DNA of 64,000 nt from Dimorphilus gyrociliatus (GCA_904063045.1 CAJFCJ010000006.1:2098946-2162945); one strand, 5' to 3'. Shown: positions 1-11,922, counted from the stretch's first letter. Translations and numbers: made by a program. The notes: generated by a model not told the origin, from the letters alone.

Positions 1-1
1 A

Positions 2-2284
2 TACGAGATAGAAAGGAAATCTGATAGTGTACATTCTTGTTCTCATTGTCCCTATGAGACAAAAAGAATTAAATGCTTTAAGAAGCATGTTAAAAAGCAT
101 GGTCCTTATGCTTGTCTCTACTGCAAATATACAGCAAAAAATGAAACATCTTTAGTTCAGCATTCCCTTGAGGCTCATGGGTCGAATGGGGGCCGAACTA
201 TGCTATCCGACGATAGTGATTCTTCGGACAGCAGCGACGGTGGCATCGACGATACGAAGACACCTGTGGCAGACTCTCAACCTAAACAACTTTCCAATGA
301 ATCTTCGACGTCGAAAACACATGAATGTGCTTTATGCGAATACGCAACACCATACAAAGCACAGTTAGCCCGTCATGTGGAAAAGGAACACGGTGAAAAA
401 CCAGCCATGATAGCCTGTCCTCATTGCGATAAGACTTTCCAGAAAGAATCAGCTCTTAAACGGCACTCAAAATGCCACTCAACAGAGACGCCTTTTTCAT
501 GCACTATTTGTGAAAAATCGTTTAGAACCATGTCGGCTTTAAACAAACATTTTTCAACGCACAAAAATGACTCAAATAGGGCTCAAGAAGAAGTAAGACC
601 AAAGGCACCAAAAACCAAGGCAGCTTTGAAACACTTTGATGCTTCAGTCTATGAATTTGATAGTGGCGGTGAGGAAAAGAATAAGGTTCAAATACCCAAC
701 ATTCCTCTAAGTGATTCAGACGGTGAAGATGAAACGTTTTCTCCCAATCGATTCACGAAGAGTTCACCAAAAAGAAAAAAGAAAGAGGAGACATCTAAAT
801 CTAAAGGACGGTCAGGTAGAGGGAGAAATAACTCAAAGAAAGTATACTACGACGAGGATGAAGAGGATGAATTCACGGAAGTCTTGCCTCAAAAGAAAAG
901 GAAAATGATACCCTCACCAATAATACCTCCAGCAATGGAGGAAATGGAAGAAAACCAAGAAGAAAATGATGTAGTAGAAATGGAACCAGAAAATAGAGAT
1001 GACAGTAGCAAGTCGTCATCTGATGAAAGTGATTCGGATTCGTCTGCAGATGAACAACAAGAAACTATGACTGAAACTGATCGAACGAGGGCAGAAGAAG
1101 CTCAAATTGTGCAAGACGACGCATCTTCCTATGCTCACTCGCTTGCAGACCTTGAGCCTCCACCTGCTCCAAGACCAAGAACACCCGAGCAATCTGATGA
1201 AGAATTGGACGAAGGTGTTCGAAATGGTAGAGAAGCACATACTAGCCTTGATTCGGGTATGGCAGATATGCAACCAGCAAGCACTGCACCCTTAGAGCAA
1301 ATGCAACAGCAAATTGACAACATACCCGGCTCTGTTCCCCCGGCTAGCCATGATAGCGCCATCTCTCACGCCTCCAGCGAACATAGGAGGGATTCATATA
1401 AAGAACCAATGAGTCATGAATATGCTGGAACCGATGCTCACACACCAAGAGACGTCTCGGTAATAATGCATTCTGATGAGGGGAAAAATCCACCACCACT
1501 AGCACATAGGTCACCGGCAAGTGCGGGACCCCCGTCTGTTCAAGGTCCGCCTTCGGTTCAGCGTCCACCGTCCGTTCAGGGTCCCCCCTCTGTGCCACCT
1601 CCACCCACGCAGGTTCAACAAGGTCCACCTTCGAATCCTCCTCAATCCGCCCCGGACGCAACCCGCTCCGTAAGCGGTCTCACGCCGTCCGAACGCGATT
1701 TTCTTGGCCAATACCTACAGCCGACGAATGTCGATCAACTTCCTTATCATCAACCATCTTTATCGAAACCTCCACAATTAGACCTGTTGACACCTAGGGG
1801 TAGCGGACCCTCTTCCTGCTCTCTACCAACAAGCTTACCCCCGTCCTTGCAGACCGGCTACACGTCGGATCCACTGTTTAGCCAACCTACTCCAGGGCAT
1901 TGGGATCCGTCGTTATACGCAAGAAGCGGCTATGGTGGTTATTTAGGAGCGGGCACCACAGCTCCTACAGCGCATGATTTCCTGAGACCTCCACATGCCG
2001 CTCCTGTTCAGCATCATTTGACGCCTGGATTGGATAAATACTACTATCACACCCCTCCCTACAGTAATTCGGCCGCCGCCGCTGCCATGGTACAACAGCA
2101 AGCGGATTACGCTAGGGCTCTATACACCCACCAAACAGCCGCTTATGGCCTCAACAAGTTTGCTCCTCCAGGTCGGGACTATTTGGGTACCGGGAGTAGA
2201 CAAGTTCCCGGGCCCGGTGATGACACTTATAGGCATAATATGTCCATGTATGGTAATATGATGCTGAATAGGTATTTTCAGTGA
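2..2284 (+). CDS. Multi-C2H2 zinc-finger protein with acidic and Pro/Gln/Tyr-rich C-terminal regions, 5' partial
   Basis: The frame is open from base 2, upstream of the ORF-track start, and adds two fingers (CSHC..HVKKH, CLYC..HSLEAH) to three in the 200..2284 ORF (CALC..HVEKEH, CPHC..HSKCH, CTIC..HFSTH). Basic NLS-like stretch PKRKKKEE. No orthologue recognised. Confidence 0.85.
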   Translation, partial: YEIERKSDSVHSCSHCPYETKRIKCFKKHVKKHGPYACLYCKYTAKNETSLVQHSLEAHGSNGGRTMLSDDSDSSDSSDGGIDDTKTPVADSQPKQLSNESSTSKTHECALCEYATPYKAQLARHVEKEHGEKPAMIACPHCDKTFQKESALKRHSKCHSTETPFSCTICEKSFRTMSALNKHFSTHKNDSNRAQEEVRPKAPKTKAALKHFDASVYEFDSGGEEKNKVQIPNIPLSDSDGEDETFSPNRFTKSSPKRKKKEETSKSKGRSGRGRNNSKKVYYDEDEEDEFTEVLPQKKRKMIPSPIIPPAMEEMEENQEENDVVEMEPENRDDSSKSSSDESDSDSSADEQQETMTETDRTRAEEAQIVQDDASSYAHSLADLEPPPAPRPRTPEQSDEELDEGVRNGREAHTSLDSGMADMQPASTAPLEQMQQQIDNIPGSVPPASHDSAISHASSEHRRDSYKEPMSHEYAGTDAHTPRDVSVIMHSDEGKNPPPLAHRSPASAGPPSVQGPPSVQRPPSVQGPPSVPPPPTQVQQGPPSNPPQSAPDATRSVSGLTPSERDFLGQYLQPTNVDQLPYHQPSLSKPPQLDLLTPRGSGPSSCSLPTSLPPSLQTGYTSDPLFSQPTPGHWDPSLYARSGYGGYLGAGTTAPTAHDFLRPPHAAPVQHHLTPGLDKYYYHTPPYSNSAAAAAMVQQQADYARALYTHQTAAYGLNKFAPPGRDYLGTGSRQVPGPGDDTYRHNMSMYGNMMLNRYFQ
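1526..1597 (+). repeat. Four tandem 18-nt coding repeats (G/R)PPSV(Q/P)
   Basis: GGACCCCCGTCTGTTCAA / GGTCCGCCTTCGGTTCAG / CGTCCACCGTCCGTTCAG / GGTCCCCCCTCTGTGCCA; third positions differ while the peptide is conserved. Confidence 0.85.
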
Positions 2285-2569
2285 ACGATTTTTAATCTTG
2301 CAAAAAACATATGAAGAGAAGAATAACGAAATTTTTTCATGATGCATCGGGATTTTATTTTTAATTAATTCTTTTTCTTTTATCTCTTTGTACATATCGA
2401 TTTATTTTCTATATTAACATTATTTTTCTGCTAAACAATTAATGCGGTTATCGTGTTTTTGTAGAAGCGTTTGTTAATGCAGTGCGATATCTTGTTGCTG
2501 ACTTGTAAATAATGTTTTTTTCCAGATGCTGTTTGTTTTTTTATTGCAATAATGGCCTAATCTTGTTTG

Positions 2570-3020
2570 CATACATACATATATACATATATTGGTATAT
2601 ACATATATATATATATATCTGTGTATACAAGCAATTAGTGGCTAATATATACCCACATTTGTCAATATACATATTTATATACTTTTATATGGATATACTA
2701 TGTATATGATAAATATATATAAATATATATTTATATATGTACATATTTATATCCATATATGCACATTTAAATAGATAATATATGTATAAATAAAAATATA
2801 CTCACCAATTGGTATGTATATTTATTTATATATAGTGCTTTTTTTCCGTATATAGTTTTTTTAGTCAAGAAATATTTTGTTGTGTTTTAGACTGGTTAGG
2901 TTGTGATGTGCAATGAATATCTATTGACATATATATATTTATATATTTATATTTTAAAATATATATTTATATATATGTATTGATATATATATATATTATA
3001 AAAGATATATATAAATATAT
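2570..3020. repeat. TA-rich low-complexity tract downstream of the zinc-finger gene
   Basis: Degenerate (TA)n/(TACATA)n runs; the ORFs here are compositional artefacts. Confidence 0.7.
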
Positions 3021-4511
3021 GCATATATACTTTTCGTGTTTACAAGAATAAATGTAATAATACAGTTTATGTGTTTGCAATAATTAACAGAAAAATGACT
3101 ACTTATTATTATTTTCATTGAACTAAGTGTTTTATTGAAAACCGAAGTGCAACAGTGTTGAAAATAATTAATTTCATTTATTGCCAAGTGCCCATCTTAC
3201 AACATATTTTCATAATAGAACAACATTGCTCTTCGGGTTCCTTGTGAAATTCTTGATGTAAATTTACCCTAAATCGAAATTTATCGAATTATATATAGCA
3301 AGTAAGAAGTAGGTGATTGTCACTAGGGGTCCGAAGAAAAAATGCTTACGATAAATAAGAAAAATGTCATATTTTTATAGTCGCTAAAGGGAGCAAGTTT
3401 TAAATTAACCAATTGGTATATTTATGTTAAAGATTACCTAAAGCAGTTGGGAAATGGTTGTAATTAAGGCTTGTTTGTAATATGTTGAAAAAATAGGTAA
3501 GCAGTTGTTCAAACAATAATAGACTGGCATAAAAAACTACATCTCTGTTCCTAGTAGGAAAATTTTTCTCTATTTCTGAGAGGAATTATTGATAAATGCC
3601 TAAATAGGGAACTGTAACTTAAGTACATGTGCTATACCGGATTATTCTCTAGAAGTCATTCTCTAGATATTGTTTCGTAGAGAAATAATTTTATAGTTGA
3701 TATTAAATGTTTAAATATGTCTAATAATAGTTTAAATCTCTAGTGAAAATTTACCTTATATCTATTTCTTTTTCGATATACTTTTTAATTTATTCGTAAA
3801 TTCTCTCGTAAATATCAGTCATTTTTTTTTTCTATTTCAAGTATGCTATGTCGTGATTCTACTGTGTATAGTTCTGGATTCTCGGAATACTATCAAGTAG
3901 ATCTAGACAGGTGGGGCTCCTTATAATTTTCTTGGCCATTTCTTACTCTTCTCAATTTACCATTAGCGTACATTTCGTCAAACCAGCTGTATACTTTATC
4001 AAGCTCTTCTGAAAGATTTCACCTTATTGCTTTAAGAACCTAGAAAATGACTGCTAGAAATTGACTCTCCTAGTTAGTGTACTTTTACATAATGTACAGT
4101 AACAATATAGCTATGTAGTGTGATCCATGTTAAGATATAAATATCAAAGTATATATTGAAGAGAGGATAAATAGAGGACACGTCATTAATTCTGTGATTT
4201 TTAAATTGTAAGATGTGAAGAAGTATTATTCGAACCCCTAGATAGTAAATGTCATCTATACAATTTCTATATACTATATATATATACTGTATATATAGAA
4301 GTACATACAAATATACAAAGAAGCAACGTAAGACGATCAGTAACCGAAGCGCCGTCTGCGAAAAAACAACAAAACGATTTTTTTCATTTTTGTGCTAGTT
4401 ATTATTATTCCATCTGCATACAACACTCAAGATAATTTTTTGACACTGCACTAGGGAATAACTCATAATGGATATTTAATAATAACATGCAGAAAAATGT
4501 GAAACGGTCGC

Positions 4512-4753
4512 TTACTGCTCAGCCAGGCCAGCGATATCTCCAGTTGAGGCGACAACGAGCATTTTTTTCGGGGCCTTATCAGTTTTCGGTACCCGAATAA
4601 CTCGAAGTGTATTAGTATGACCCGAACCTTGACGCCATCCAGTAACGATAACAACCGTTGATCCACCCTTAACTGCACCTAATTTCCATCCGTGCTCTAC
4701 TGCCCAAGTAATTCGTGAGTCCATATCTTCTACCCATTCAGGATTTCGAAGTT
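4512..4753 (-). CDS. PK: Pyruvate kinase alternative last exon B (distal)
   Basis: Acceptor ...TTAAATTAG|AA is phase 1. Encodes [16 protein letters not shown]...[19 protein letters not shown] with the canonical GWRxGSG loop; ATTAAA at 4475-4480. Confidence 0.92.
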
Positions 4754-7700
4754 CTAATTTAAGAAGAAACACAATAAGATTAAAGACATAAATTTTATCA
4801 ATATCAACTCAACTATACAAAAGTTATATCAATTTGATAATTAAATAGCTAATAATTTCTCTTTATACTTTTACACCAAAACAATAACCTAATAGAATAT
4901 TATATATTTTCAATCAACCTTTCCTATAATATTAATTAATAATAAGACTATTGCTCTAAGGAATTTCAATAGAAACTTAGTCTATTAAAAGCTTTATAGG
5001 AGTATTTATTAGTAATATTCTCATTAAACAATAATTTCTAGATGGTATTATAATACAAATACAAGGTTCAACTTAATTCTAAATACTAAAGCTTTGATTA
5101 ATTTAATAATAAGTTAAGTAGTAATTTAGATTATGAATAAAAAAGAATAAAATTAACCCAAGTTAACTAGATTATACTACCATAAATATTATTTTTCAGG
5201 CATATGCTTTGAAATATCAGTCAATAGTACGTCCTTGAATGTAATTATACGACATGTATTGGTAAAACCTGATCCCGCATTATTTCCAGTTACCAAGATA
5301 AGATGTGCACTTTTAGCCTCATCTGATAAACGATTTGGTAAAAATTGCCTATATTCTGCAAATTCTAACGCCAAAGCTAAACGTTTGTCTACTTCATTTT
5401 CCCAATCGATTCTATTCGACGCTAGATTTATATAGATTAGGAGATATTTGAAAAATTTATGAATCGTTCTCTTCAAGAAGAGAAAGTGGAAAGGAAGAGA
5501 ACGATCTTCAATCTTTAACCTAGTATTCTCTTAAATATATCCCTAAATTGACAAATGATGTAAATCTCTTTCGACCTAATTTAACATTGTCGAAAGGAAG
5601 CGATGAGAGTAAAACTAGGCGATTGGTTGTCGTATCTTATATACCTGATCAAGTTTTTGTTTCGTTTTTTTTTTACTTACCTGTGTAATGAATTGGGAAA
5701 ATTCCACGATATAAATGTAGCTGTCTGGCTACGCGATCGTCTCTTGTTACAGCTATTATCGGACATCTAGGTCTGTAAGCAGCTAACAGTTGTGCAGAAC
5801 GTCCAGTTGATGTGATTACGACAATGCAACTTGCTAAACAATTAACACTGGCTTCGACGGCCGACAAAGCAGTTGTGTGAGTAATATCAGTTGGTCTCGG
5901 AGTTAACTGTCTTAGCTCTTCAAACAACTGCTTATGATAAACAGCGGCTTCCGCCTCTCTTGCAATATTATGCATAGTACGAACTGATTCCAAAGGATAT
6001 GCACCCTTTGCCGTCTCCCCAGACAACATTACACAATCAGCTCCATCCAAAATTGCGTTTGCAACGTCTGAACTCTCAGCTCTGGTGGGTCTTGGCTTTT
6101 TAACCATAGATTCCAACATTTGAGTTGCACAAATAACTGGTTTACCAGCTCTGTTACACCTTCCAATCATCATTTTTTGGGCGAGGAACACTTTCTCCGT
6201 TGGGATTTCAATACCTAATTAAATAGAAAAGAATTTTTATTTCTATTAACATACTATATCACGTATAAGAATTTTTTATCAATTTAGAATGTTAAGAATA
6301 AAATAATATACTATTTGACGTTGATATAATTATTAAAGATTTTCTTTTTTTTTCTTTTTTATATGATTATGGTATATTATTTGTTAATTTTTTTCCTACC
6401 TAAATCTCCTCTAGCAACCATTATACCGTCGGCTTGTTCTAGAATTTCTTCGAATCTCTTTACACCTTCATGATTTTCGATTTTGGCAATAATTTTAATG
6501 TGTTTTCCCCGATCTCCTAGAATCTTACGAATTTCTCTGATACCGTTACCAGATCTTATGAATGAAGCGAAAATCATATCAACATTTTGTTCAACACCAA
6601 AGAGTAAGTCCTTCTTGTCCTTTTCAGATACAGGTGGAAGATCGACTGGTGTTCCTGGAAGATTGCATCCTTTTTTCGATCCCAGTAAGCCACCATTTTC
6701 AATTCTACAGGTTAATGACTTGTCATCCTTACTAATAACTTTCAAAGACATTAAACCATCGTCGATATAAATATAACGGTCCTCTTCAAGTACTGACGTT
6801 ATATTCTCATAATCGACATAGAGTATATTCTCATCACCGATTTCTGCGTAAGCTTTATCTGTAGTTAAGATAATCGTTTCTCCCTCTTTTAACTCAATTT
6901 CAGCTGTTGGGCCTCCCTTCAGTAGACCTGTTCTAATTTCAGGTCCTTTAGTGTCTAGAGCAATAGCGACAGTACGATCGCGTATCTGATAATAAAAATA
7001 ATTTCTTTTAATTAAACAATTAAAAATAACAAAAAGAGAATATCGACTAAGATTTCTTGAAAATACTTAGTTCAATAATAGAGAGAAAGCTTTTAAAGTC
7101 TTATCTATGTAAGGCATTCCTTAATCAAATATCAAGTTAATTTCTAGCGATAAATATAGACCATTTATGAAAATTCATTATACAATAATACAAAAAATAT
7201 CAAGATCTAACGAAAATTTTAAGCAATTGTGATATTTATTATCTACAGTTTTTAATATAAAGCCCGTATCTGTTAGAGTGTAATATACCTTTCGTAATTT
7301 TGTTTACTTTTTATTGTTTTTTTTTGTTTGTTTGTTTTTGTGAGATATTTAAAGAATCCGTTTCATAAAACTGTTCTTATTGTAAAAAAAATTTACTATA
7401 ATTCATTAGCTTTAATGTAGGTTAATAATAATAAGGAATACTCTCTTTAACAGTCTAACCTCATTATTAGCTTTTCGGACATTCTCGATGGTGCCGCGAT
7501 GATAATCGTAGTCTCCATGCGAAAAATTCATTCGAGCGATGTTCATTCCTGCTCTAATCATCTCTTTTAGCATTTCAACGCTTCTACATGCAGGGCCAAT
7601 AGTACAGATAACTCCGCTCATTCGTTGTACATGAGGTGCTGAATCAATGTCCAATTCACACATAGATTCCAAATGAGTTGATGCATAAGCTGCAATAAGT

Positions 7701-8090
7701 TGGTGTTCCAGAGAACCTTCCGTCGCAAAGGTTATTCCACTCGACCATGATGGTACATGCAAAAGACCCTGTAAAAGAAGTTCTAATTGAGTATTGCTAA
7801 AAATAGATCAGCAGAATGGGTGTGCATAATCAAATAAAATGCTTCGTTTTCAGTCCACACAATGTTATTCAAAGTGTTTGATAACTTGAGATTCCAGGAT
7901 TAATCCCAGATTATCTGTTGGTTGTATCTTTTATTAATTTCTTAACCTGTTGTTCACATTCTCCTTCGCCTAGAGAATGACCAATTGTATTCCTTAGATC
8001 AGTACTTGACCCTCTCGGAGATGGGGGAATATTAAGAATTGGCGTAACATTTAATCTATCCTTCTGTTTTCTACTTGTCGCCGGATTCAT
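4512..8090 (-). CDS. PK: Pyruvate kinase, multi-exon: 8090-7947, 7768-7460, 6985-6400, 6214-5681, then either 5421-5189 or 4753-4512
   Basis: Hallmark motifs [82 protein letters not shown]. All junctions are GT-AG with matching phases. The 48-codon first exon (MNPATSRK...) is less certain. Confidence 0.97.
5189..5421 (-). CDS. PK: Pyruvate kinase alternative last exon A (proximal)
   Basis: Acceptor ...AAATCTAG|CG is phase 1, matching donor ACA G|GTAAGT at 5681/5680. Encodes [16 protein letters not shown]...[20 protein letters not shown], homologous to the PK C-domain end. Confidence 0.85.
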
Positions 8091-8376
8091 ATTTCTAATC
8101 AGGTAAGCTTTAGCCTAAAAGCTGCTAAAAACCGACACTAACTGGTAGTCTTATCGAAAACGACTGGCCTAAAATGGATGCAGGTCGCATTTGGTATTTG
8201 ACTGTGCGCATCATACGATATATATTTTTGCCGTTCGAAAGATTTGTATAGTAAGAATAAACGTATTTACACAGCTTTTGCTCTTACTCTGTTATCGTGT
8301 CATAACAATATGAGACTAAATTGAGCTTCTAATGTTGAACATTTACGTAATTATAAAATTTATTTAGTAACTTAGA

Positions 8377-9264
8377 CTAACAATTACATGTTTGGGGGTA
8401 ATTTTCCATTTGGATTCCCTCTTTGACAAATTTGGATGGATTTTTGGTGGTGGGATCTACAAAAATGTATCACATTAATAAAGTATTAGAAAGTAACCTA
8501 CACTGGAACTGGACGATCCACCAGGTTTTCCTCCTATCATTTGAGCCATAGCTAGAATAAAAAAAATATATAATTATAGAGATTTAATTATTAATTTACA
8601 AATTCTGCAATGTAAAGAGTATTCAAGGTCAGACGGTGTGTTAGTAAAGTCAATACTCTTTTGCAAATATATTCCAGACAGGATAAAAATATCTGATACT
8701 AAAAATAACACTTATTAAACTTGACTTTAAAAGTCTCATTTGATTTAATTGATTTTTTTTTTAAGAAATTTTTATTGTCGTTTTTCTATAGTGTGATAAT
8801 TTCTTGAGCAATTTTTTTATTAATATTTTTTTTACTTGCATAAAAATAATAATTAATAAAATTATTTATAATATTTAATCAATACATGCATAACCTAAAA
8901 GAGTGTATTTTTTATTAAGATAAAATTCTTGCATTATTCGTAAAAATGACTCATTATCGCCCAATGGAATATATTTTTTGCTCTACTTTAAGAGATGGTA
9001 ATGTTTTGAATATTCTCTTACGAAAGGAAAAGTAGATAACAAAGAAACTTTAGCACCAATATTATCAAATAAGCGTACCTTATCGGCCTGTTTTGGGTCA
9101 AATTGGTTCAATGTTACTTGCAAAGTCGATAAAAGGACAATTAGACAAACGTTCACTGTATCTGAGAAAGCAGAAAATTTTTCAGACGCGCCATCTATCT
9201 CCACAGCTTGTTTTATCTATATCCAAATCTAAAATTACGCAATAATCTTACTCACTTTTTCCAT
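8377..9264 (-). CDS. Unrecognised spliced ORF (orfX), up to ~155 aa, ending ...ENYPQTCNC*
   Basis: Candidate exons 9264-9256, 9216-9079, 8982-8895, 8698-8600, 8551-8498, 8456-8377 join through GT-AG sites in consistent phases (0,0,1,1,1) with no stop; AATAAA just after the stop. The 5' exons are uncertain (39-nt first intron). Confidence 0.55.
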
Positions 9265-9387
9265 AGATATTGCACAATTCTTTTGTATTGTTTTTAAAAT
9301 AGTTATTTATATATTAATTAACTTTTGTTTATATTAAATTATTTCAATATTTAAATGTTAAGCAATTTAAAAAATATTCCTATTCAT

Positions 9388-10120
9388 TCATTCCTTTGAT
9401 TCGAAAAGTTTGTCAAGCTCTTCTTCCAATTGGTGATTTGTTCCCCTTAAACCTTCGACAACTAAGCTTGCCCATTTAAAATATTCGCTAACTCTCTTCG
9501 GATTCCAACCTGACGGTGTTGCCCTATTTAAATCTCGAAGATTGTACAGCTTGTCAGCTAATTTAACCAGTTTTGCTTCTTTGCTCTTTTTTGGAGCATT
9601 TTCAATTTGAAGTCGCTTTCTTTCACTCTTTGGCAGATGTTTATCATCCGTAACTTCAGCTACTATTCCTATTAATGAGAAAAAAGAGAGGATTGATTTG
9701 AATAAGATTAATTTTCTGATTTTCTATGATTTTCCCACCTGCAACCTTATCTCCGAACTTTTCTTTAATCTCTTCTATTGTTGTATCAGTATCTTCAACG
9801 GTATCGTGCAGAATTGCCGCCTAAATTAGGTATTTATCAACTTAGCTTAGAATTAAAGACATTTTTTTTAGATAATTATTAAAATTATTATATTTACCTG
9901 AAGAACGCTAAGGTCGTTCACTTTTCCTTCTTCTGTTAGAATCCTTGCTACTCCTAAAGTAGATAATCTTTATTAAGACTGGAAAGATAATTAGATAATT
10001 ATGTAACCAACCAATAGGATGATTTATATAAGGAGTCTTTTCAGGATCTTTACGTCTTTGAGCTTTATGCTTTATAGCAGCAAAATTTACAGTTTCTACC
10101 AAGAGTGATAGATCTCCCAT
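9388..10120 (-). CDS. HDDC3: HD-domain (p)ppGpp hydrolase / NADPH phosphatase MESH1
   Basis: Four exons: [25 protein letters not shown]|VARILTEE...VLQ|[12 protein letters not shown]...|[43 protein letters not shown]. Confidence 0.95.
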
Positions 10121-10724
10121 TACTTTTCGGCTACCCTTCAACATTAAATGTTCGAACAGGAAGTGTTGAAACACAGTGGTGACCTCATTGATTATTTGTA
10201 AAATTAGAGAATTTTATATCTTGAATACTTAATTAAGACTGAATGAAAGCAATTTAAACACCAGAATAAAGACATTGCCATATTAATAGAAAGTTTATAC
10301 TAAAACTTTTTTTGATTTTTCATTATATTGAACATACCAAAGGTCGATAATAGGTAGTTTACACACGAAATACTTATTATAAACAATAACAACAATTTTG
10401 CTAAATTGCAATGTAAATCAAATGGCAAAAAATGATTTGTAAAGAAAATTATCGAATCATTAATGTTATTATGTAAATTGATTAATGCACTATTCGACCA
10501 ATTTCTCAATTGCGATATCAAATGTGGCGTCCTCTAGTGTATATTGTGAAATTTTTTCGATTTCAAGTTGGAATGATTAAGAGTTTCCAATGGTAGTGTG
10601 CAATTTCTTTATGTTAATGACAAGAATATACATATATAAAGAGTAAAAGATTGTAAGTTTTAATTTAAGACTAGCTATTGCAACACCTTCATCAACCTAT
10701 ATCTATTTGCTAAAACCAAAGCCT

Positions 10725-11577
10725 ATGGGACAAAAGAGTTCAAAACAGTTTAACAGTGAAGAGTTAAATACAGAATTGTTGCAGGAGATGAAAGAAAATA
10801 CACATTTCAAATCGAAAGAGATAAAAGAATGGCATGATAAATTTAAGAAAGATTTTCCATCTGGAATAATTAAGAGACACGAATTTAGGAAAATATATAT
10901 GGAATTAACCAATAAGGTTTGTAATTTAAATATGAAACAATCTTATCATCAAATAATATTTTGACTTAGTATGCTTCGTTTGTTATTACTTCTTTTATAC
11001 TGTATGTATATATTAATATACATATATACAGTATATATATCAAATAACTTCTGCAGTTGTTACTTCCTTATAGAAAATTATGAATGATGATGATAGATAA
11101 ATAGCTCGTGAAACATTAATAACTATTTATTATGACTATTTCATTAATAAAGTAAAATTCCTAATAGATTATAATGCTAAACTAATTTTCTTTCTTATTA
11201 TCTAGAAAAGCGAAGAGCTGGCTGATTATGTTTTTGACGCTTACGATCAAGATAAAAATGGTGTCATAGACTTTAAAGAGTTTATGATTACTTTAAGTAT
11301 TACATGCCGCGGTGATATAAAGGAAAAGCTTAAATGGGTATTCGATATGTACGATACAGACGGCAGCAGTTACTTAAGTAAAAGCGAAGTTATCAAAGTT
11401 TTAGAAGTCATCTTTAGAATGAAAGGAAATGATAGAGTTGAAGCAACAGCTTTTCTTCAAACTGTCGATATATTCAAAAAATTAGATAAAGATAAGGATG
11501 GCTACATTACCAAAGAGGAATTTTGCCGTATTGCCACAAGAGAAAGAGAAATAATTAACATTTTAAATGCTATTTAA
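10725..11577 (+). CDS. Neuronal calcium sensor family EF-hand protein (neurocalcin/hippocalcin/NCS-like)
   Basis: Exons 10725-10916 and 11206-11577 (phase 0). MGQKSS myristoylation motif; EF loops DQDKNGVIDFKE, DTDGSSYLSKSE, DKDKDGYITKEE; EKLKWVFDMYD. Confidence 0.92.
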
Positions 11578-11922
11578 ACCATAACATTTCTTTGCTAACC
11601 CTTCCATCCCCACTGCCCTCCCCTCCAACACGTCTCGGTGATATGTATAAATTTAAAAACTGTTAGTTTGATAGAATTTATGTTTATTGAATAAACGCTT
11701 TAAGAGAGAGAAAATCAATTGTTTTTGGCCCATTTCTTGGAAATTTTTAAAAATTCAACTTCCTTTTAGGAAGTAAAATAATTAATAATTGAAAGGAAAT
11801 GAAAGGTTGAAAATTAATTATTAAATATTTTCTTTAGATGTTGTAAAGAAATTGATTTGAAAATTTTTTTATTCTTTTTTAAATTGAGACATAAATTTAT
11901 TTAATGGCAATTAAATATTTAA

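Noticed and set aside
1016-2395. Minus-strand and alternate-frame ORFs overlapping the zinc-finger CDS
   Set aside because: Shadow ORFs of a GC-richer coding exon, with no motifs.
4019-4021. In-frame TGA as selenocysteine
   Set aside because: No redox CxxU-like context, no recognised selenoprotein family and no SECIS seen by eye; kept only as a weak finding.
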